Origin: Octopus vulgaris
Taxonomy: Eukaryota
Assembly (NCBI GenBank): GCA_951406725.2
Contig: OX597814.1
Location: forward strand, 25,978,001 to 26,042,000
DNA: 64,000 nucleotides
Reading direction: 5' to 3'
Below the pieces are notes generated by a model. That model ran no database searches. It saw only the letters and a list, made by a program, of their open reading frames with translations, and had not been told where the DNA came from. The position numbers and the translations under genes were made by a program. Below, one piece after another: positions 54,715 to 64,000 of the stretch; positions within the stretch are counted from its first letter, which is position 1, and every line of letters starts with the position of its first letter.

Positions 54715-56934
54715 CACTGGTTTACAAAAATTGTTTTTTGCTCTGAGGCAAGGATGTGAACAGGTGCTTTTTACTAATTTTGATGTGGTGAATTCAATTT
54801 TCTGAACAGTTTTGCTCTATCACCTCTATTTTTTTTTTTGCTTTCACATTTCCCATTTTAATTATACTGCATATAAATTCAAAATATATGTGCTTATTTC
54901 ATCTGTTACAAAGGCATATTACAGAAAAAAACAGCATAGATACCAAACATTGATGGAACTAAATTACTTGGATAATGAAATACACACAAATCATAGTACA
55001 ACAGACAGTTAGAAGTGAGTTTGTTTTGGATGAACTTGTGTACTTTGCCTCTAGGATGTCATGAAAGAGCATCCAGCAAAAGTCTCCCATCATGCTGAGG
55101 CTCCACTTGCCTTGGTAGTTACTTTCCATCTTAGTATTATCTTGGTGGAACCTTTCTCCATGCTCATCACTCATTGCTCTGAGCTTTGGAGGGGAGAAGT
55201 TGGGGTGACAGGGGAGAAAGAGAATTTTGAGTGACATTCAGTATCCCATATAATCATAAGATTGTAACAACTTCTCAATACACTCTTGGTGATCTAGTAC
55301 CCATGTTATCAAGGAAGCCATGACAGACTTACTTAAATGCTTCCCATGCCTTCAGTTCCTTTAAGGTAAGAAGCTCCTTGAAGTCCTTATCCTTCAGCAC
55401 CTCTCAGATCTGAGTTCCAGCGAAGATGCCCTCCTTGAGCTCTGCAGAACTCAGATCTGGGAACAGAGTGCACAAGTGTTGGAAGGTAGTGCCATTTTTG
55501 TCCATGGTCTTCACAAGATTCTTCATTAAACCAAGCTTGATAAGAAGAGGAGGAAGAAACACATTGTTCATGTCCACCAGAGGATTTTCTTGGACACTGT
55601 GTTCATCAGGCATGAAAGTACCCCTAGATCCACAGTCCTTCTGCTCGTACTGCTTAGACACAGCCTGACTGTTCAAGAGTCAGAGAAAGCAACATTACAT
55701 TGTGAAGCCTGTTTGCATACCCCTTAGAGCCCAATGACCTTGAGGTTCCCACAGAGACTCCACTAATACTGGTTGTACTTGACAGCTTCCAATAGGAGCT
55801 CCATATTCTTATACAACTCCTTCAGATGGACTGAGTAGGCAATGGGAATGCTGGGGTATTTATTCACATTGTGCAGGAGCACAGCCTTCAGACTTCACTT
55901 TGAAGAGTCTATGAAAGGACGCCAGTCTGAGGGATTGTGTGGGAAACCAAGGAAAGTGAACAAGCCAGAGACATTTGTGCAGTAGCACAACCTGCTTTCC
56001 ATGTTGAAGAATGAAGCAAAGCCCTGGTTCCATGTCCTGAAACTGATGATCCCTACCAGTTTCCACTTGACCAGGTTCCACTGCTTAAGCCAGTATGCCA
56101 GGAGCTCTGACGGCTGCTTAGATGGATACAAATCACAGGCATGGTCATTCAGGTCTTCCGGCATGATCCAATGGGGCTCATTGCCACTTGTTCCTGAATA
56201 AACATTGTCTTCAGAAGAGATCGACTTGGCAGAATCTTCCCCTGAAGGCATTTCTTCATCTGATGAAGGAAGAAGATCCTTATTTTGGGGGGAGGTGTTT
56301 AGGGACAGGGAAATCGTCTGAGTGGGAAATGGGTTTCATAGCTGAGGGAAGGTTGGGATATTTGAGCTTTTTCCTAGAAGAAGCATTGAAACCTGTTATA
56401 TTTGTTAGACAAAAATAACAACCATCTGCATGGATTCATGGCTCTCTCCAGACCATCAGGACAGCAAAATTGAAGGCTGCTTTCTTGTTGTTAAACCATA
56501 TATACAGTTAGTCCACGGTAGCAGGGTTTACAACAGATGTGTGGGGCCCAGGATTTGTCCTGATCTCCAATTTTACAGTCAAAATAATGAAAGTAAGCAA
56601 TTCTCAGGAGTGAAGTAATTGTTTGGCACTGTGCAACTGTTTTGAAATCCTCACACACATAGCAGAATGAATTTGCCTTGTTGATGCATCCTTGGTGTTT
56701 TAAAGTACCTGAAACCATGTAGAGATATGTATCATGTGTATCACAAAAATCTGGAAAACAAAATAAGAATTGATCATATATATGGTTATGTGAACTGTCG
56801 CAAAATCATAATAATGTATATCTCAAAATTTAGAAGTGATGAGTGAAAACTGGTTTTGTTTCTGAAATCAGTACCACAAAATTAGGCTTGAACAACTATT
56901 TTTCTGTTTGCCTCAATTTCTCTGTAAACCAGTG
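54715..56934 (-). mobile_element. Chapaev3-like (CMC) DNA transposon, 2.2 kb
   Basis: TIRs CACTGGTTTACA / TGTAAACCAGTG with a 3-bp TAA TSD on both sides (54712-54714 and 56935-56937), enclosing a disrupted transposase. Confidence 0.85.
55010..56718 (-). pseudogene. Disrupted Chapaev3-like transposase
   Basis: Ordered fragments: C..KANSFCYVC...YF.CKIGDQDKSWAPHICC, WRPFIDSSK-SLKAVLLHN, LPPLLIKLGLMKN.VK, KEGIFAGTQI, MSLKI, SDEHGERFHQD...YQGKW...MMGDFCW. Frameshifts and stops lie between them. Confidence 0.85.
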
Positions 56935-57019
56935 TAAGTTAATAACAATCAATACATAGTAATTCATCAATGAATAGCAATTCATCTATCATGAATATAT
57001 AGATTTTGATAATTCACGT

Positions 57020-57415
57020 ATAAGTATGGTTGAATGGTTTAAGAAGTCTGCTTTGGAACTATGTGATTTTCGGATTCAAGTAACATTGTATAGCACCTTG
57101 AATAAGAGTTTTTACTATAGCTCCAGGCCAAGCAGTGCCTTGTTAGTGAGTCTAATAGACTGACTATATAGAAGCTTGTTATATAATGTGTGTGTGTGCG
57201 TGTGTGTGTGCACATGAATATATATGTGCTTTACAAATGGTGTTGGTTTGTCTATGTCCTTGTAACTTTGTGGTTTGGCTAAAAAGTGGCCATGAGTATA
57301 AGTGCCAAACTCAAAATAAGACCTGGGGTTGATTTGATCAACTAAAACCTTTAAAGTAGTGCACCAGCATGGCCACAGTGCAATGACTAAAACAAGTAAA
57401 AGAATAAAAGAATAC
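57020..57415 (+). mobile_element. Decayed tRNA-derived SINE (family of 38445); another copy at about 58168-58535
   Basis: Decayed head and 3' caccagcatggccacagtgcaatgactaaaacaagtaaaagaataaaag. Confidence 0.65.
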
Positions 57416-59956
57416 TCATATTTATTTCTATTTTTCTGAAATGCACACTCTACAATATAAGAATGCAATGCAGTATAATTATCGAAGTTTTCTACATGAA
57501 GACTTATTTCACTTCTACAATATATTAATGGGCTTAAAAAGTATTTAATCTTGCTGCAAAATAATATTGAAATTATCAACTCAAATATGTTAAACAAACC
57601 ATGGATAACATTACTGTTGAATGGGACCCTTTTTGAGATTACACCATCTACTAGAAATAGCAGCCAAATCTCCTTCATATCACACCATACTGCCTTAACA
57701 GAAGAAGTAGATATTGGATAATGTAGTCCCAGATAAACTAAGTATATAAAAAAAAAACAAAAAAAAATGAGATGGTTATAGCTGCAATATGCCTGACCAT
57801 AGGTCCACAGCATCTGGGCAGACCTGCACATAATGACAATGACAGTTCAGTGTGTGAAAACGTTTTTGATGCTTAAAACATGAAAAAGCTTTAAAAGTAT
57901 TTACTCTTGCTGTGAAATAAATTCAGAATGATGAACCCAGATGTCTTTTTGTAAACTATATCTAATAACTCAGAGGCTTGTTTCAAGTGCTAATGATGCC
58001 ATCATCATGTAGATGAATAGCTGTCACTTGTACAAGGAGGCTAAATATTTTTAAGCATATTAACATTACCTGAAATTTAACCTCATTACTGAACTGCCTA
58101 ATATGTAAAACAATTAATTAACTTTTACATTTATTAAACATATATATACTATAAGCACAAACATAAACATGTGGTTAACAAGTTTATTTTGCAATCATAT
58201 GCTTCATCAGGTGATTCACAAATTCATTTTGCAACTACTGGATTTCAGGTTCGATCCCACAATATGGTATCTTGGGCAAGTGTCTTCAATAGAAAAATAA
58301 GTAATGTCATGTGAGTTGAATTTTTTAAATCGAAACTAAGCAGATTCTTATCATGTATGTGTGTCTATGTTTGTGTATATTGATATAAAATAGTATGTCA
58401 AGCTGCATCCTTTTACAACAATAAAAATCAATAAAATAAGAATGCAACTGAAATAAGTGCTGGGGTCGATATGATCAACTAAAATCCTAAGGGTAGTGCC
58501 ACAGCATGCCTAAAGTCCAATGACAAAAATCATTAAAATAATTATATAATATGTCAATATCGATAAAACAATATTATATAATCAAAGTTCCCAGAAGTAA
58601 ACTGATGCATGTCAATGAAAATGAATTGCCCTAAGGGGTTAACTGAAATGCAGCTACAGTTGGATATGAACTGTGATGCACATGAGTCAGTATTTCAGTG
58701 TGTTATCTATCTAGTTAGGTGAAATCAATTCAATGTACCTTCTTTCAAAAAATTTTAAAAAGAGATCATTATTCAGTTATTGATCTCTGTAACATTTATG
58801 AACTTTCACTTTCACTCCTATTGTTTTATTTTTTTTCCTTGTATGTAGCAGAGGTTAGAAAGAAGAGAGCGAGAAAGAAATTGCATGTACATATACAAGT
58901 GCAAATGAGTTTATGTGTATGTGTGTGTGTGTGTTTGTGTGCATGCGCGTGTGTGTGTGTGTGTGTGCATGTGCGTGTGTGTGTCTGTGTGTGTGTGGTA
59001 TGTGCCTGTGTATATTTGTTGAAGCCACAGCTCCTAAAACTCACTCCCCAACACTACAACTGTTGCTGCTGCCGAATCTTCTACTACTACTACATCTACA
59101 ACAACTACCACCACCAAAATCATCACCACCACCATCTCCACCACCACTACTACTACTATTACCACTGCTGCTGCTCTACTGCATCAGTTCACTATTAATA
59201 CTGCTAATTTGCACTGCCGCTGCAACTGCAGCTATACCACAATTGCCGCTGTTTTAATCACCTTTACTGCTCTTATTTTCACCACCACAATCATTAGTCA
59301 ACCTCCCCCCTGTCATAAGACAATCTTCCTCCTTGTCACATGCAAACATCAACCAGGTGTGAAAATTAAGGCCAGTTTAGCCAAACAAAATGACCAATCT
59401 TGAGAGTATTCTTATCACCCTTAGAAAATGTAAATTTGAATTTTCTCCCTTCCTCCAGCACCAATCAACTCACCACTATGTCCACATTTATCTCATTTTT
59501 CACGCCTACAAACTAATCTTCTAAACTAACAAAGCCTTGCATGTATCACAAGATGCATCCACTTCCCTCAATACCTAACTGAAGATTTCAGCAAACCCTT
59601 ATCCCCCAAGCTGCCACCCTACAGAATTACGTACCTATCCTTGATTATTTTATTATACAAATATCAACCTGAAGATATTCAAGTAAAATAAATACTGCAT
59701 TTACATTACCAATCTAGAAGGGACTGGTGGAGTCTCCTTTGTTCTGCTAACTACAAACAATATTCGTGTTACCATTCTTAATAACTGTCTGCCTCTCAAT
59801 ATATGCCCATGATGTCAAAGGCTGTAGTTTTGCTAAGGGAGATATCATCTAAAGAAAGATTTCTTCTGAAACATTTTTCATACTACGTGTACCCTATCAA
59901 ATCTCACTATTGCTATGAAATGGTGTCAAAGTTATTTTGTTTACATTTACATTAAA

Positions 59957-60339
59957 TCTCTCTCTATATAAACGGCAGTTTGTCTGTGCGTGTTTCTGTG
60001 TGTCTGTTTGCTTGTACCCTCACCCTGACCACGGCTTTCAACCGATTCTAATGAAACTTGAGACACACATAGCCCAATGTCATAATTCAAAACTAACGCA
60101 GCGAAAATTTTGAAAAGTTCCCCCAGTTCTGAAAAAAAACGATAAATTCGACATGGGGTCGAGAATTAGAAACACAAACTGCAAACTGTCTAGGGGACGC
60201 AACTCCACCTTTTTTAACTAAAATTAAAATTTACCATCATTTTTTTCCATGTTTTTGCTATTTTTTGGCTATAACTCTCTAAAAATGCTTTATAGTTATT
60301 TCCCTTACAAACCTGAGCAACGCCGGGCGATACTGCTAG
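59957..60339 (+). mobile_element. Non-autonomous Helitron
   Basis: A|TCTCTCTCTATATAAAC ... cctgagcaacgccgggcgatactgCTAG|T; the 3' end is near-identical to the 22529 copy. Confidence 0.85.
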
Positions 60340-62629
60340 TTGGTTATAAAACTCCTCCATCTCCATTCAAATGTGTCTCTCAAAGAACAAAGGACAAGCT
60401 TTCATGTTCTATTCAAGGATTCTTCAAATATTATTTAGGACATTGTGACAGTCCCTAAGGGATACTATTATAATCTTGATGAATATCATTTTAAAATATT
60501 ATTGTTCTGATACAACTTTACGTTATAAAACTTGCAATATCAGGTGATTTTCTTTATTTCAATCAACCCAGAATAATTGAAAAGAATATATTAAATGCTT
60601 CAAATTATATAAGTTTCTACATTGTCCTTCAATTGCCCTTTTAAGTGTCTATAAATCTACCATTTCAGCAAGAAAGATGGCTGTCTATTGAATTAGGACT
60701 AGCATACCTATTCTATTTACTAAGAAATTACTACAAACACTAATTTAGTTTTGAAAGCAATGCCAGTATGAATTTGGAAAGGCCTTAAGTATGGTTAACA
60801 GAACTTTTCGCTAGTGCTGTTTAGAGAATAAATAATTCAGAAACACTCATCTGCATGAAAAGCAATAGGTAACTTAGTGCTAAGATATCAAATGCCTCTA
60901 AAGAATTTTATTTTCCTATGACAATATATGTGCAATCTTTTTATATTTACATAGGAATTTATTCATTACTATATTTGCAAGAATGTCTATGGTTCCCTGA
61001 GGAGAGGAGAATAAAATTAAAAGATGTTTAGAATGGTGTTGTATCTCTACACTTGCTCAGAAAATGAAACAATATTATTCATTGACTGCAATCGTTTGTT
61101 TCTCATCTATATAATTATTTTTATTTAGCTTTTAAATGTTCTTTGTAGTAAATATATGTTAGCACTAACTTTACTAGTGTTGACTGTCATTGTTGCAATA
61201 ACTGATGAGAAGACATTCAATAATATTTTTTAAAAAATGTAAATCTCATATGAAACAGTGTAGTGCATAACAGCCAGATGCATTAATAGAAAAGTGAATG
61301 AAGAACAAGATGCCTCTATGTGGCCACTCGACCAGCTGGAAATAACAGATAAATCTCTCTATTCTTGAAAAAAGAAATCTGATCATGGCTGGAATGCCAT
61401 TGATCATAAATTTGGAACTAAACAAAAGATTTTAGTACAAAGTAATTTTGGTGCAGCATGATTTAGAAGGTGAGATTAGTTTATTAAGTCTTTGGTGTAG
61501 GGAACTTAAGTAACATATTTCAAAATTATAAAGAAGTAAAACAGATGGTGGTGATGTTGTTGATGGTGATGCTGATGGGAGTGGTGATTGAGAGTAGTGG
61601 TGATGCTGGGTGTGGTGGTGATGATGATGATAACAGTACTGGCATGAAGGAGGAAAAGGAAGAGGAGAGGATTAATATTTAACATATTGAGCAAAAGTTC
61701 ATGTTTTACTGCCATTTTAAAATCTGTTTCTTATTCTGTAAGTAAACAAAGCAATTATAGTTTAATATGTCCTAAAGGAAAACAGGTATTGGATTGATAT
61801 CATATCGGTGGAAGGTGTGGAAAGGTAAAAATTGTTTGTCTAACTTATCAATTAATTAGGAGATAGATTGTTTGATTTGTTTAAAAAATCACGATTCAGT
61901 CATTGCATATGTAGTCGTTGCCACTTTGGGCAATATTTAACTTTTACTAACTTAGAAAGTTTGCAATTGAAGTAGTTCCAACTTATAATTACAGACAAGT
62001 CAGAGTGTAATAACAGTTTCACCTGGCTAGTTAGATCTGTATAACTATAATTAATATTAATCCCTGCTTTCTATCAGAGGACAGTATAAATACATAAATT
62101 AAACTGCCAGTTTGAAATCTTTAACAGAATCTAGTTCAGGAGTTCACATAATATTACTGATTTCAGTTCAAATCCCACAAGTGTTGTGCTTCTTTTTTCT
62201 TATCATCCTGCTCATTCTAAGTCCAGTGATAATGATATAGAGATGAACAATAATACAGAGACGAAGCTCTGTGAAGCCAATGAGGATCCCTCCACAGAAT
62301 CATTCAGCCTGCTAGAAAGAGTAACTTAATTTACTTCTTAAACACACTCATACACACACAATCACAAAGACACACACACATACAAACATCAACATGACCA
62401 TTGCTTTTACATTCATTTTTTGGTGTTTGCAAGGGTTAGATAATTCTTCTCCAAGACAGCATTTTACCACTTGCTGAAGTTTGTAACATTCAGACTTTTG
62501 TAATCACCTTTCATCATTTCTTGCTGAGACTTCCATGGCCTTCCTCTTCAGCAGGTCTCATTCACTCAGACCATTTGGGTGTTTTTTTTCAAATTTATTA
62601 TACACCCATAACCTTTTATATAGAGATAT

Positions 62630-63107
62630 ATATGACAAGTGTGTGTAATAATTTACTGGATATTTTTAGCATCTCAGTGACTACCTCCCCAAAACAACTG
62701 GATCTGTGGGGCACAAAGAATTGGATTCTTCACGATGACAATGCACCCTGTCACTGAGTTCTCCTCACTCATGAGTTTCTTGCCAAAAGTAACATGATAT
62801 CACTTCTGCACCTCCCTATTCACCAGATTTAGCACCTGTGGACTTCCACCTCTTCACCATGATGAAAATACACCTCAAAGGTCGTCGTTTTAGCACTGTT
62901 GTCGAGATCCAGGGTGAATCGCAGAAGGTCCTCGATTCACCTACAGAAAACGACTTCCAGGCCAGATTCCAAATGTGGCAGGATTGCTGGGACTGATGTA
63001 TTGCTGTGCAAAGTGACTATTTCAAAGGGTATGATGTTAAAACTTAGGTAAATAAGTTATTTTTATTAAACATAACTAGTCCTGGAACTTTTTGATACCA
63101 ACTCGTA
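62630..63107 (+). mobile_element. Mariner deletion derivative (transposase 3' part plus right TIR)
   Basis: WILHDDNAPCH...HLPYSPDLAPVDFHLF..MK; ends tagtcctggaactttttgataccaactcg-ta. A similar TIR remnant lies at 29404-29436. Confidence 0.82.
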
Positions 63108-63291
63108 TTTGTATGGAATTAACTAAAAAGATGTACAACAATCAGACAATAATTCAAACAAAAATATAATTTAAAGAAATAAAACATGAACGGTTAAGTA
63201 CTCCACAACCCAATTCACTTAACCATTATACAAATTATTTCCAAGTGCAAGTGGATTCATTAATGAGCATCTTTGAGGCATTTGGTATATG

Positions 63292-63330
<39 letters not shown>

Positions 63331-63332
<2 letters not shown>

Positions 63333-63601
63333 CAGTTGTATACTGTCAACTTAACATGACAGTCCCATAAAGGGATTCACACCACCGCTATTTAGCCCTA
63401 GGAAGCATCAACGCTTCCTGTCGGCCTTGACACATTTCCTGTGTCCTTATGTGTCCTTATACTTGTCTCCCCTTTGTAAACATAAGGACACAGGAAATGT
63501 GTCAAGGCCAACAGGAAACGTTGATGCTTCCTAGGGTTAAATAGCAGTGGTGTGATTCCCTTAATGGGACTGTCACATTAAGTTGACAGTATACAACTGC
63601 T
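63331..63601. repeat. Fold-back element with arms of about 122 bp and a 27-bp loop, adjoining (TA)n
   Basis: agcagttgtatactgtcaacttaa...cctgtgtccttatgt (63331-63452) pairs with acataaggacacagg...ttaagttgacagtatacaactgct (63480-63601) with few mismatches. Confidence 0.92.
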
Positions 63602-63812
63602 CTATCGTTCCACCACTGCTTTTATCTCTCTGAGATATTTAGAAATTTAATATTTCTAATTTATATATATATATATATATAATAATAAATATTAGGGAAT
63701 AAATCCAAATTTACAGGGAAAAATCAGATTTAGGATTGAATCCAATTTTATAGTAAAATATAATATTATATTAAATTAGAGACAAAACCACTATTATGCA
63801 AATCAAACAAAG

Positions 63813-64000
63813 AAAGTCTTAAGCCAATACATAAAATAATTTATATAAATTAAATTTAATTAAAATAACCACAACGATCGTTTCGTGTCAGCACTTTTAT
63901 GAGACATTCTTCATAGAAGTGATGACACGAAACGATCGTAGTGGTTATTTTAATTAAATTTAATTTATATAAATTATTTTATGTATTGGCTTAAGTCTTT
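63813..64000. repeat. Fold-back with arms of at least 90 bp and an 8-nt loop, running off the window end
   Basis: 63813-63902 pairs with 63911-64000 with about four mismatches; the loop is gacattct. Confidence 0.92.

Noticed and set aside
57115-57831. Longest ORF in the window (238 aa)
   Set aside because: It reads antisense through SINE and other repeat fragments and a TG tract, with no coding signature.

Overview
AT-rich, repeat-dense eukaryotic DNA with no host protein-coding exon I can recognise, so probably intronic or intergenic. The SINE repertoire and microsatellite density resemble an octopus (coleoid cephalopod) genome; this is an inference. Most listed ORFs are microsatellite translations. 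Supported content: a decayed near-full-length RTE-clade LINE (about 6.2-9.6 kb) and other RTE fragments; two RLE-type (R4/Dong-like) LINE 3' fragments; several Tc1/mariner relics, including a DD41D-like and a DD34D copy with TIRs; a Chapaev3-like transposon with TIRs and a TAA TSD; two non-autonomous Helitrons with a shared 3' end; a TTAA MITE; many tRNA-derived SINEs; and a U6 snRNA retrocopy abutting a SINE. The most interesting signal is a set of minimal type-I hammerhead ribozyme motifs with palindromic stem III. One is near-intact at 73-117 (minus strand), and variant, degenerate or truncated ones lie at about 2.3, 20.5, 47.0 and 63.9 kb. Most sit 70-200 nt upstream of a (TA)n tract or TA-rich end, and several are next to fold-back inversions. 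This suggests multiple families of Penelope-like or retrozyme elements that target TA microsatellites. Coordinates were read by eye, and the boundaries of decayed repeats are approximate.
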